Notes: generated from the letters alone by a model not told the origin. Positions 24,084-37,204 are shown, counted from the stretch's first letter. The stretch: 51,928 nt of DNA from Basidiobolus meristosporus CBS 931.73 (GCA_002104905.1 MCFE01000624.1:1-51928); one strand, 5' to 3'. Numbers and translations are program-made.

Positions 24084-27000
24084 AAGCTGTCACTCTCTGC
24101 AATGTCTACTACTGCTATTACTGGAATTTTTCCCTCTGCTGAAAAGTTGGATGGCTCTAACTACCAAGTGTGGAAGGTGAAGATGAAGATGCTGCTACAA
24201 GAAAGAGGCCTTTGGGATATTGTCATGGGAGAAGAATGACCTCCTAAAAACGTGGAAGAGGAAGCCTTAAAGTACCAGAAGAAAGAACAAAGTGCCTTTA
24301 ACTGCATTTGCCTTAATGTCAAGGACAAATTGCTAATTCAATGCTCAAGAGCAAAAACGGCAAAGAATGCCTGGAAAGCATTGGAAGACACCTACCAGTC
24401 ATGTTCAGCTGCCAAGAAAATGTATCTGAGACAAAAATTCTTTACTACAAAGATGCTGCCAGGAGAAGAAATGAAAAATCTAATTAACAGAATTACCCGG
24501 CTGGTAGATGAGATGGAATCTGTGGGCGTACCAACTACTGATGAGGATGTGATAGTTACCATCCTGAATAGCCTGACAGACAAGTTTCAGGGCCTTGTAT
24601 CAGCCCTAGAGTCCAGAACTGAAGATTTGACCTTAAATTACGTATATGGAAGGCTTGTGGATGAAGAATTAAGAAAATCAAGCGCTAATAAGAAGGAAAA
24701 AGAAAATGCCTTAATAAGCAATGATAGCCAACAAAAGAGATACCCAAGACCCTACAAAGTCAACAGCAACCTATTTTGCAACTACTGCAAAAGGAAAGGA
24801 CACACTTCAGACCGGTGTTTCAAAAAGAGAGATTATCAGCAAAAGAAGCCTGAATATGGAAATGCTGCAACAACTGAAGATAGACTATTCATATCTGCAC
24901 TAAATATGACCACAAACAAGGATTCTCAGACGTGGTATATTGACTCTGGAGCTTCTCAACACTTTACACACCAAAAAGAACTTTTTACCCAATATCAAGA
25001 AATTCCAATTAAGAAGGTTTTCATGGGTGACAATAGAACACTTGATGCAGTCGGAGAAGGAACTATCCAAGTAAACCTTAGAAGCAGTGAAGGAAGCCAT
25101 ACACTGACCTTTAAAGAAGTACTCTATGTACCAGAAATAGCCAAGAACCTACTCTCTGTAAGCAAGGCCACAGCAGAAGGACTCAGTTTCAGTTTTGACA
25201 ATTCTGGATGCAGGATCACTGATCAAAATGGTGCTCATATTGCTTTGGGCATCAGAGATCAGAATCTATACAAGTTGACTTATATTCCATCATATCTGGA
25301 AGCTAATATAAGTAACTTGAATGAAGAAACACCAATGCTTTGGCACAGGAGATTTGGACACATCAATTTTGATTATTTGCACAAAATGATCAAAGATCAG
25401 CTAATTTCTGGAGTGAAAATTGATCCCCCAGCTAATTTGGAGCACTGTGAAGCCTGCATATATGGAAAACAAGCCAGACAACCATTCAAGAGCTCTGGGT
25501 TAATCAATACTAAGAAAAAATAGATCTAATTCACTCAGATCTGTGTGGACCTATGCAAAATTTATCCTTAGGCGGGGTGAAGTATTTAATCACTTTTATT
25601 GATGATTATACAAGATACACATGGGTCTACTTCATGGAGAGAAAGAAAGAAGCTCTGTCTAAGCTCAGGGAGTTTAAAGCCATGGTGGAGAGAGAAACTG
25701 GTGAAAAAATCAAGAAAATACGCTCTGACAATGGTGGAGAATATACCTCAAAACTCTTCATCCACTTCTGCAAAATTCATGGGATAAAGCAAGAGACTAC
25801 TGTACCATACTCCCCACAGCAAAATGGAGTAGCAGAACAAGCTAACAGATCAATAATTGATATGGCAAGATCTATGATCCATGATCAAAAATTATCCTAT
25901 GATTTTTGGGCGGAATCAGTTGCCACTGCTGTATACCTTAAAAATAGGAGTTATAACAGAATACTTTGTGATTCTACTCCATTTGAGGCATGGTATGGAT
26001 ACAGACCAAGTGCAGAACATCTAAGAATATTTGGGTGTACAGCATATGCCAAAAAACTGGCCAGAAATCAGTCAAAATTTGAGCCAAAAAGTGTAAAATG
26101 CATATTTTTGGGCTACTGCAATGAGAGTAAGGCATACAGACTCTACAATACCAAAGCAAAGAAGCTTATCAAGTCCAGGGATGTGTTTTTTGATGAAAAT
26201 TCAAAATTTTCACAAAAAATGACATCAGATGATGACAAAAATTTGATCTCAAGTCCACCAATTGTCAGGATTGAATCAGAGCAAAACAATGAAAATTTTT
26301 TCACTCCAGAGGACTCTACAACTGTGGATCAGCCAGAATCAGTGCCCAGGAATATCCCAGAAGTGATCATTCCAGTATCAAATGCCCGGAGATCAAACCG
26401 GACAAGAAATAGCCCAAGTTACTATATCCATGAGGGTACAAACTTAGCCTATGCCTATTCAGTCCATATTGATGAACCCCAGACTGTAAAAGAGGCCCTA
26501 AATAGCCCTCAGACAAAGTTTTGGAGATCTGCAATGACTGAGGAATATCAGGCACTGATGGAAAATCAAACTTGGGACTTGGTCAAATTACCAATCAACC
26601 AAAAATCAATTGGATGCCAATGGGTCTTCAAGACAAAATACAAGGCTGATGGTACAATTGAAAGATACAAAGCAAGACTTGTAGCCAAAGGATACTCTCA
26701 AACAAAAGGACTTGACTATACTGAGACCTTTGCACCGGTAGCCAAGTTTAATTCCATCAGATTAATATTGGCAATTGCAGCCAAATATAAGTTTTTTATT
26801 CATCAAATGGATGTAAAAACTGCATTTTTGAATGGAGAACTTGATGAGAACATGTATATGAACCAGCCTGATGGGTTTGTTGACCAAGATAACCCCCATT
26901 TGGTCTGCAAGCTTAAAAAGTCACTATATGGTCTCAAACAATCACAAGAGCCTGGAATTGCAAGATAGATTCTTTTTTGGAATCTTTGAGTTTCAAAAGA

Positions 27001-28044
27001 AGTAATGCTGACTATAGTATATACTATAAGCCAGATAGAGCAAATCCAGTTCTATTAACTCTATATGTGGATGATCTTATTATAGCCGCCAATAACCTAG
27101 AAACATTGGAAGAGACTAAATCCAGCCTATCTAAGGAGTTAAAGATGTCTGATTTAGGAGAACTTAGTTACTACTTAGGGATTAAGTTCTCCATAGACAG
27201 AAGTACCCAGACAATTACCCTAAGCCAATCCAAGTATATTCAAGATATACTAAAGAAGTACAAAATGGAAGACTGTAAACCAGCAGCTACCCCAATGGAG
27301 ACAAACCTTAACTTGGTCAAAACTCAACCAAATCAAGAGAGCTTGGTGCCATCTGAAAGCCCTGACTTTCCTTATCAATCTATGGTCGGCAGTCTGATGT
27401 ATGTTATGCTTGGAACATGTCCAGATATCTCATATTCAGTGGGAGTTGTCAGCCAACATAATCAGAATTATGGATCTGATCATATTGCAGCAGTTAAGTG
27501 GATTTTTAGATACCTAAAAGGAACTGCTAATATCTGTTTAAGATACACGTAAAAGGATTCAGAACAGGATCTTGTGGGATACTCTGATGCTGATTGGGGA
27601 CAAAATTTGGAAGACAGAAGATCCACCACAGGATACACCTTTCTTTACTGTAAAGGAGCAATCTCATGGAATTCAAGAAAGCAACCAACCGTAGCACTTT
27701 CCACCACAGAGGCAGAGTATATGGCAGCCTGTGAAGCTACAAAAGAAGCAATGTGGTTAAGAAAGCTCTTTGCAGATTTAGGCCTATGTCAAAAAACGCC
27801 TATTACTTTATTTCAAGATAATCAAGGATGTATACAATTAGGTAGAAATCCAACTTTTCATGCCAGAACCAAGCACATAGATATTAGACATCATTTCATA
27901 CGTGAAGCTATAGAGAATAACTTGGTTAGCTTAGTTTACTGCTCTACAGATGAAATGATTGCAGACATATTTACCAAACCATTAGCTAGAGACAAGTTTG
28001 AATATCTTAGGTCAAAATTGGGACTAGTCAGTATGAACATTTAG
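24075..28044 (+). pseudogene. Copia A gag-pol with four lesions
   Basis: Compared with copy B: TGA at 24237-24239, 1-nt deletions near 25521 and 26945, and TAA at 27550-27552. Confidence 0.92.
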
Positions 28045-29001
28045 CTGAGTGGGAGTGTTGTAAAAATTTGTATTTCCACCTAAATATTCACCTAACTTAG
28101 TCACTTATATCATCACCTTCAAATCCTAGAGAATACTGACCAAATTCCTTGTCAGGATTTACTTAGAATATTTTCACCAAAATACCAGGTACCAAGAACA
28201 TGAAAATTCTCAAAGTTGTCCAAACAGCCCCAAACTTTGCACACATGTTCTTGGGACCTTCCTTAACCTATTCTATGTGTTTGTAATGCCAAGACCAGGT
28301 AAAAGTATAAATACTACTTTTACATTCAATAAATCATTAAGTGAAAACCACATAATCTACTTGTTCTCCAAATCACTTCCAATATCTCCAAGACTCTTAC
28401 AGCAGAATAGCACTCAGACAAATCTTTGGAGATCTGAAATGACTGAGGAATATCTAGCCCTGATGGAGAATCAAACTTGGGACTTTTTTCATTTCATATA
28501 TGAAGCCACAGAGAATAACTTGCATAACTTAGCCTACAGTCCTTCAGATGAAATGGGTGCACACATACTCACCAAACCATAAGTTAGAGACAAGTTTGAA
28601 TATCTTAGGTCAAAATCAGGACTAATAAGTATAAGCATTTAGTTGAGTGGGATTGTTGTAAAAGTTTGTAACTACACCTAAACATTCCCCTGTCTTGGTC
28701 ACTTAGATCCTTACATTCAAGTTCTAGAGAATACTCACCAAAATCTTTGTTGGGATTTACCTCAAATATTTTCACAAAATATTAGGTACCCAGAACATGA
28801 AAGTTCTCAAAGTTGTTCAAACAGCCTCAAACTCTGCACACATGTATTTGGAACCTTCCAAGACCTATTCTTTGTATTTTTTATGCCACTATCATGTAAA
28901 AGTATAAAAAGTATTATCACAATCAATAAATTGATATGTAAAAAACACATAATCTACTTGTTCTCCTAATCACTTCCAATATCTCTAAGACTCTTATAAC
29001 A

Positions 29002-29146
29002 ATATTAATTCATATGTATTGATTAGTATTAGACATGTGAGTCTACTTCATCAAGAGAAAGAAAGATGTTATGTCTTAGTTCAGGGAGTTTAAAGCCATG
29101 GTGGAGAGAGACACTGATGAGAGAATTTGGTAAATATGCTTGGACA
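29002..29146 (+). mobile_element. Integrase fragment of the oldest Copia copy 'E', between D's 3' LTR and C's 5' LTR
   Basis: Aligns to the copy-A segment encoding KYLITFIDD...FKAMVERETGEKIKKIRSD and ends at ...GGACA immediately before the next LTR. Confidence 0.7.
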
Positions 29147-29915
29147 TGTTGTAAAGCTTTGCAATTAAGCCTAAATATTCACTTGACTTAGTCACTTGGT
29201 GCATTAATAAAAATCAAACAGAACACTGACCAAACTCTTTGTTGGAACTACTTGAAATATTTACACCAAATACCAGGTACCCAAAACATGAAAGTTCTCA
29301 GAGTTGTTGGAACAGCCCAAAACTTTGCTCAAATATTCTTGGGACCTATCTGAATCTATTCTACATGCTTACTCTACCTAGACCATGAAAAAGTATAAAA
29401 ACTACTTTTATATTCTATAAAACATTGAGCAAAACCACATAATCTACTTGTTCCCCCAATCACATTCAATATCTCCAAGACTCTTACAACAGGTTATGGG
29501 CCCCAAGCTGTTACTCTCTGCAATGCTCACTACTACTACTACTGGGGTTTTTCCCTCTGCTGAAAAGCTGTATGGATCCAACTACCAGGTGCAGAAGGTG
29601 AAGATGAAGATGATGCAGCAGGAAAGAGGCCTCTGGAATGTTGTCATGGGAGAAGGATGCCCTACTAAAATGTGGCAGAGGGATCCTTGAAGCAGCAGAG
29701 GAATGAACAAAGTGCCTTTAACTGCATTTGCCTTGATGTCAAAGAAATAATGCTAATTCAATGATCCAGAGCAAAAAAGCAAAGAATGCCTGGATGGCAT
29801 CAGAAGACACCTATCAGTAATGCTCAGCTGCTAAGAAAATGTATTTTAGACAAAGATTCTTTGCCACAAGGATGCTGCCAGGAGAAGAAATTAGCAATCC
29901 AATTCACGGAATTAC

Positions 29916-30611
29916 TGTAGTGCATCAACAATTATAAACTTGGCCAACTTTGCTATGTTGGAAAATCTAGCACCCTAACTGATATTGCATAGGCCAAACA
30001 TAACTATTTGCATTAAGGGTTTATTTTATCCCACCACTGAATCCTTTTTAGCTGTCACACCTGATCAATTTTCCTGTGGTCATTAAATCCTAAACTGATC
30101 TGCTAAGCATTTCAAAGTGGTTAGTCATCTGAGACCTATCCAACCATTTAGCTACTGCCAAGACATCTGCTGATTGATAATGCAATTTTCTTTATCATAT
30201 GCACCTATCAACACCAAAACTGATTTCAATTAATTCTGTCTCTTGGCACTAGCTGATTGAACATGATAAGAGAAGTATTAATAAAGTTTATTGAGCCTTT
30301 TGGCTTAGTGTGTGTCATGACCATATTAAGATTGTATCTCAGCAAAATTGAGAATTCAACAATTCTGTTCTAGTTTCTACCCAAGCTGAGCATATCTAGC
30401 ACTCACAAGAACACCAAGCCTAGCCTGCATAGCAAACCAACTTTGTTACCATTCTAGCCAAACCCAGTTTTATAGAAGACCAATATTGGACCAGAATCTC
30501 TCTGCTAATAAATTCACCACTCTGACAACTCTAAGATTCTTCACTTAGTTGTCCCTTTGGCTGAGTTACATAATTCAAGAGTTTAATTACACTTTCCACT
30601 TAGATATAAGA
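29916..30611. mobile_element. ~700-bp AT-rich insertion in gag of copy C (solo-LTR-like)
   Basis: gag breaks after GGAATTAC and resumes at (A)CTACTCTGCTGGTGGATGAG. The insert starts TGTAGTG; candidate 5-bp TSD ATTAC / ACTAC. Confidence 0.55.
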
Positions 30612-31859
30612 ACTACTCTGCTGGTGGATGAGATGGAATCTGTGGGCATACCAACTACTGATGATGATGTGATAGTTGCCATCCCAAATAGTCTGACAGA
30701 CAAATTTCTGGGCCTTTTATCAGCCTTGAGTTCCAAACTGAAGATTTGGCCTTAAATCATGTATATGGAAGGCTCCTGGATGAAAATTTAAGGAAGTCAA
30801 GCACCAATAAGAAGGAAGAAAATGCCTTAATAAGCAATTGTAACCAATAAAGGAAGGTATCCAAGACCTTTAAAAGGCAAAAGCTGCCTGTTTTGCAACT
30901 ACTGTAAAAGGAAAGAACACACATCCAAGTAGTACCTCAAAAAGTGAAATAGTCAGCCGAAAAACCCTGAATATTGAAAGTGCTTCAACAACTGAGGATG
31001 AACTATTCATATCTGCACTAAATATGACCACAAACAAGGCTTCTTAAATGTGGTGCATTCACTGTGAAGCATCTCAACACTTTACAAACTAAAGACACCT
31101 TTGTATCCAATACCAAAGATTCCAATTAAGAAAGTTTTAATGGGTCACAATAGCGCAATTGATGTAATGGGAGAAGTACTTATTCAATTAAACCTCAGAA
31201 GCAGTGAAGGATGCTATACACATACCTTCAAAGAAGTACTCTATGTACCAGAAATAGGTAAAAGCCTACTCTCTGTAAGTAAGGCCACAGCAGAAGGACT
31301 CAGTTTCAGCTTTGAAAATTCTGAATGCAGAATCACTAATCAAATGATGCCTATATTGCTATGTGTACCAGTGATCAGAATCTATTCAAGTGGGTTTATG
31401 TTCCATCATATCTGGAAGCCAGTGTAAGTAACTTAAATGAAGAATCACCAATGCTTTGACACAGAAGGCTTGGACACTTCAATTTTGATTATTTGCACAA
31501 AATGATCAAAGATCAGCTAATTTCCAGAGTAAACATTGATCTTCCAGCTAATATGGAGTACTGTAAAGCCTGCATAAGTGGGAAACAAGCCAGATAACTA
31601 TTCAAGAGCTTTGGGTTAATCAAAACTAAGGGAAAACTAGATCTAGCTCACTCAGATCTGTGTGGACCCATGCTAAGTTTATATGTAAGTGGGATGAATT
31701 ATTTAATCACTTTATTGATGACTGTTAAAGATACTCATGGATGTACTTCACAGAGAGAACAGAAGATGCTCTGTCTAAGCTCAGAGAGCTTAAAGCCACG
31801 GTGGAGAGAGAAACTGGAGAAAAAAACAATAAAATATGCTCTGACAATGGTGGAAAATA

Positions 31860-34800
31860 TGTTGTAAAAATTTGTATTTCCACCTAAATATTCACCTAAC
31901 TTAGTCACTTATATCATCACCTTCAAATCCTAGAGAATACTGACCAAATTCCTTGTCGGGATTTACTTAGAATATTTTCACCAAAATACCAGGTACCCAG
32001 AACATGAAAATTCTCAAAGTTGTCCAAACAGCCCCAAACTTTGCACACATGTTCTTGGGACCTTCCTTAACCTATTCTACGTGTTTGTAATGCCAAGACC
32101 TTGTAAAAGTATAAATACTACTTTTACATTCAATAAATCATTAAGTGAAAACCACATAATCTACTTGTTCTCCAAGTCACTTCCAATATCTCCACGACTC
32201 TTACAACAGGTTATGAGCCCCAAGCTGTCACTCTCTGCAATGTCTACTACTGCTATTACTGGAATTTTTCCCTCTGCTGAAAAATTGGATGGCTCTAACT
32301 ACCAAGTGTGGAAGGTGAAGATGAAGATGCTGCTACAAGAAAGAGGCCTTTGGGATATTGTCATGGGAGAAGAATGCCCTCCTAAAAACATGGGAGAGGA
32401 AGCTTTAAAGAACCAGAAGAAAGAACAAAGTGCCTTTAACTGCATTTGCCTTAATGTCAAGGACATATTGCTAATTCAATGCTCAAGAGCAAAAACGGCA
32501 AAGAATGCCTAGAAGGCATTAGAAGACACCTACCAGTCATGTTCAGCTGCCAAGAAAATCTATCTGAGATGAAAATTCTTTACTACAAAGATGCTGCCAT
32601 GTGAAGAAATGAAAAATCTAATTAACAGAATTACCCTGCTGGTAGTTGAGATGGAATCTGTGGGCGTACCAACTACCAATGAGGATGTGATAGTTACAAT
32701 CCTGAATAGCCTGACAGACAGGTTTCAGGGCCTTGTATCAGCCCTAGAGTCCAGAACTGAAGATTTGACCTTAAATTACGTATATGGAAGGCTCCTGGAT
32801 GAAGAATTAAGAAAATCAAGCGCTAATAAGAAGGAAGAAGAAAATGCTTTAATAAGCAATGATAGCCAACAAAGGAGATACCCAAGACCCTACAAAGGCA
32901 ACAGCAACCTATTTTGCAACTACTGCAAAAGGAAAGGACACACATCAGACCGGTGTTTCAAAAAGAGATATTATCAGCAAAAGAAGCCTGAATATGGAAA
33001 TGCTGCAACAACTGAAGATAGACTATTCATATCTGCACTAAATATGACCACAAACAAGGATTCTCAGATGTGGTATATTGACTCTGGAGCTTCTCAACAC
33101 TTTACACACCAAAAAGAACTTTTTACCCAATATCAAGAAATTACAATTAAGAAGGTTTTCATGGGTGACAATAGTACACTTGATGCAGTGGGAGAAGGAA
33201 CTATCCAAGTAAACCTTAGAAGCAGTGAAGGAAGCCATACACTGACCTTTAAAGAAGTACTCTATGTACCAGATATAGCCAAGAACCTACTCTCTGTAAG
33301 CAAGGCCACAGCAGAAGGACTCAGTTTCAGTTTTGACAATTCTGGATGCAGGATCACTGATCAAAATGGTGCCCATATTGCTTCGGGCATCAGAGATCAG
33401 AATCTATACAAGTTGACTTATATTCCATCATATCTGGAAGCCAATATAAGTAACTTGAATGAAGAAACACCAATGCTTTGGCACAGGAGATTTGGATACA
33501 TCAATTTTGATTATTTGCGCAAAATGATCAAAGATCAGCTAATTTCTGGAGTGAAAATTGATCCCCCAGCAAATTTGGAGCACTGTGAAGCCTGCATATA
33601 TGGGAAACAAGCCAGACAACCGTTTAAGAGCTCTGGGTTAATCAAAACTAAGAAAAAATTAGATCTAATTCACTCAGATCTGTGTGGACCTATGCAAAAT
33701 TTATCCTTAGGCGGGGTGAAGTATTTAATCACTTTTATTGATGATTATACAAGATACACATGGGTCTACTTCATGGAGAGAAAGGAAGAAGCTCTGTCTA
33801 AGTTCAGGGAGTTTAAAGCCATGGTGGAGAGAGAAACTGGTGAAAAAATCAAGAAAATAAGCTTTGACAATGGTGGAGAATATACCTCAAAACTCTTCAT
33901 CCACTTCTGCAAAATTCATGGGATAAAGCAAGAGACTACTGTACCATACTCCCCACAGCAAAATGGAGTAGCAGAACAAGCTAACAGATCAATAATTGAT
34001 ATGGCAAGATCTATGATCCATGATCAAAAATTATCCTATGATTTTTGGGCGGAATCAGTTGCCACTGCAGTATACCTTAAAAATAGGAGTTATAACAGAA
34101 TACTTTGTGATTCTACTCCATTTGAGGCATGGTATGAATACAGACCAAGTGCAGAACATCTAAGAATATTTGGGTGTACAGCATATGCCAAAAGACTGGC
34201 CGGAAATCAGTCAAAATTTGAGCCAAAAAGTGTAAAATGCATATTTTTGGGCTACTGCAATGAGAGTAAGGCATACAGACTCTACAATGCCAAAGCAAAG
34301 AAGCTGATCAAGTCCAGGGATGTGTTGTTTGATGAAAATTCAAAATTTTCACAAAAAATGACATCAGATGATGACAAAAATTTGATCTCAAGTCCACCAA
34401 TTGTCAGGATTGAATCAGAGCAAAACAATGAAAATTTTTTCACTCCAGAGGACTCTACAACCGTGGTTCAGCCAGAATTAGTGCCCAGGAATATCCCAGA
34501 AGTGATCATTCCAGTATCAAATGCCTGGAGATCAAATCGGACAAGAAATAGCCCAAATTACTATATTAATGAGGGTACAAACTTAGCCTATGCCTATTCA
34601 GTCCATATTGATGAACCCCAGACTGTAAAAGAGGCCCTAAATAGCCCTCAGACGAAGTTTTGGAGATCTGCAATGACTGAGGAATATCAGGCCCTGATGG
34701 AAAATCAAACTTGGGACTTGGTCAAATTACCAATCAACCAAAAATCAATTGGATGCCGATGGGTCTTCAAGACAAAATACAAGGCTGATGGTACAATTGA

Positions 34801-36527
34801 AAGATACAAAGCAAGACTTGTAGCCAAAGGATACTCTCAAACAAAAGGACTTGACTATACTGAGACCTTTGCACCGGTAGCCAAGTTTAATTCCATCAGA
34901 TTAATATTGGCTATTGCAGCCAAATATAAGTTTTTTATTCATCAAATGGATGTAAAACCGGCATTTTTGAATGAAGAACTTGGTGAGAATGTGTATATGG
35001 ACCAGCCTGATGGGTCTGTTGACCAAGATAACCTTCATTTGGTCTGCAAGCTTAAAAAGTCACTATATGGTCTCAAACAATCACCGAGAGCCTGGAATTG
35101 CAAGATAGATTCTTATTTGGAATCTTTGAGTTTCAAAAGGAGTAATGCTGACTATTGTATATACTATAAGCCAGATAGAGCAAATCCAGTTCTATTAACT
35201 CTATATGTGGATGATCTTATTATAGCCGCCAATAACCTAGAAACATTGGAAGAGACTAAATCCGGCCTATCTAAGGAGTTCAAGATGTCCGATCTAGGAG
35301 AACTTAGTTACTACTTAGGGATTAAGTTCTCCATAGACAGAAGTACCCAGACTATTACCCTAAGCCAATCCAAGTATATTCAAGATATACTAAAGAAGTA
35401 CAAAATGGAAGACTGTAAACCAGCAGCTACCCCAATGGAGACAAACCTTAACTTGGTCAAAACTTAACCAAATCAAGAGAGCTTGGTGCCATCTGAAAGC
35501 CCTGACTTTCCTTATCAATCTATGGTCGGCAGTCTGATGTATATCATGCTTGGAACATGTCCAGATATCTCATATTCAGTGGGAGTTGTCAGCCAACATA
35601 ATCAGAATTATGGATCTGATCATATTGCAGCAGTTAAGCGGATTTTTAGATACCTAAAAGGAACTGCTGATATCTGCTTAAGATACACTTATAAGGATTC
35701 AGAACAGGATCTTGTGGGACACTCTGATGCTGATTGGGGACAAAATTTAGAAGACAGAAGATCCACCACAGGATACACCTTTCTTTACTGTAAAGGAGCC
35801 ATTTCATGGAATTCAAGAAAGCAACCAACCGTAGCACTTTCTACTACAGAGGCAGAGTATATGGCAGCCTGTGAAGCTACAAAAGAAGCAATGTGGTTAA
35901 GAAAGCTCTTTACAGATTTAGGCCTATGTCAAAAAACGCCTATTACTTTATTTCAAGATAATCAAGGATGTATACAATTAGGTAGAAATCCAACTTTTCA
36001 TGCTAGAACCAAGCACATAGACATTAGACATCATTTCATACGTGAAGCTATAGAGAATAACTTGGTTAGCTTAGTTTACTGTTCTACAGATGAAATGATT
36101 GCAGACATATTTACCAAACCATTAGCTAGAGACAAGTTTGAATATCTTAGGTCAAAATTAGGACTAGTCAGTATGAACATTTAGCTGAGTGGGAGTGTTG
36201 TAAAAATTTGTATTTCCACCTAAATATTCACCTAACTTAGTCACTTAGATCATCACCTTCAAATCCTAGAGAATACTGACCAAATTCCTTGTTGGGATTT
36301 ACTTAGAATATTTACCCAGAACATGAAAATTCTCAAAGTTGTCCAAACAGCCCCAAACTTTGCACACATGTTCTTGGGACCTTCCTTAACGTATTCTACG
36401 TGTTTGTAATGCCAAGACCATGTAAAAGTATAAATACTACTTTTACATTCAATAAATCATTAAGTGAAAACCACATAATCTACTTGTTCTCCAAGTCACT
36501 TCCAATATCTCCAAGACTCTTACAACA
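31860..36527 (+). mobile_element. Near-complete Ty1/Copia LTR retrotransposon 'B', TSD AAATA/GAATA
   Basis: LTRs at 31860-32208 (349 bp) and 36196-36527 (332 bp, 17-bp internal deletion). PBS at 32209; PPT before 36196; flanks AAATA (31855-31859) and GAATA (36528-36532). Confidence 0.97.
32213..36184 (+). pseudogene. Copia B gag-pol: single frame interrupted by three stops
   Basis: ORFs 32081-32512, 32591-35467 and 35483-36184 are in one frame. Stops are TAG 32510-32512, TGA 32570-32572 and TAA 35465-35467. Confidence 0.93.
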
Positions 36528-37204
36528 GAATATACCTCAGAGCTCTGCATACACTTATGCAAGATTGAAAGGATAACACAAGAGACTACTGTACAATACT
36601 CCCAATGGCAAAATGGAGTAGTGGAATGGGCAAACAGATCAATAATTGCTATGGCAAGATCTCTGTTCCATGATAAAAATTATGCATGACTTTTGGATGG
36701 AATCAGTTGCCCCAGCTGTGTACCTTAGAAGTAGGAGTTATAACAGAATACTTTGTGATTCTACTCCACTTAAGGCATGTTATGGATACAGTACAAGTGC
36801 AGAACATCTAAGAATACTTGGGTGCAGAGCATATGCCAAGAAACTGCCCAGAAATCAGTCAAAATATCAGCCAAAAAGTGTAAAATGCAGATTTTTGGGC
36901 TACTGCAATGAGAGTAAAGCATACAGACTCTATAGTACCAAGGCAAAGACGCTGATCAAGCTCAGGGATGCGTTGTTTGATTAATATTTGAAATTTTCTC
37001 AAAAAATAATATTAGATGATGACAAAAATCTTATCCCAAGTCCACCACTTGTCTGGATTGAATCAGAGCAAAACAATATATATTTCTCACTCCAGAAGAC
37101 TCTGAAATCATGGTTTGGCCTGCCTCAGTGCCCAGGAATATCTTTCAAGTGTTCATTCCAGTATCACAAACCAGAAGATCCAACTGGACCAGAAATAGCT
37201 CAGA

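Larger units (their letters stand above)
23724..28404 (+). mobile_element. Near-complete Ty1/Copia LTR retrotransposon 'A', TSD GAATA
   Basis: LTRs at 23724-24070 and 28056-28404; PBS GGTTATGAGCCCC at 24071; PPT GCTGAGTGGGAG; GAATA at 23719-23723 and 28405-28409. Domain order Gag(CCHC)-PR(DSGASQH)-INT(HHCC, DNGGEY)-RT(YVDD)-RH(YSDADW). Confidence 0.97.
21724..29001 (+). mobile_element. Old degenerate Ty1/Copia copy 'D' (5'-truncated; host of element A; RT largely deleted; 3' LTR 28654-29001)
   Basis: Degenerate gag-PR-INT at 21724-23723 resumes at 28405 (…GAATA|GCACTCAGAC ≈ EALN|SPQT). It then jumps to the RNase H end, a PPT-like GTTGAGTGGGAT and an LTR TGTTGTAA...TTATAACA. Confidence 0.85.
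29147..37200 (+). mobile_element. Old degenerate Ty1/Copia copy 'C' (5' LTR 29147-29491; host of a ~700-bp insert and of element B)
   Basis: LTR TGTTGTAA...TTACAACA, PBS GGTTATGGGCCCC and degenerate gag-PR-INT at 29520-31859. It resumes at 36528 (GAATATACCTCA = EYTS) and runs to the INT-RT linker at ~37200. Confidence 0.85.

Noticed and set aside
32081-32212. ORF starting inside the 5' LTR and reading into gag (MFVMPRPCKS...)
   Set aside because: The start lies upstream of the LTR TATA-like box (AGTATAAATA), so it is unlikely to be in the mRNA. The frame is stopped (TAA) in A's 5' LTR.
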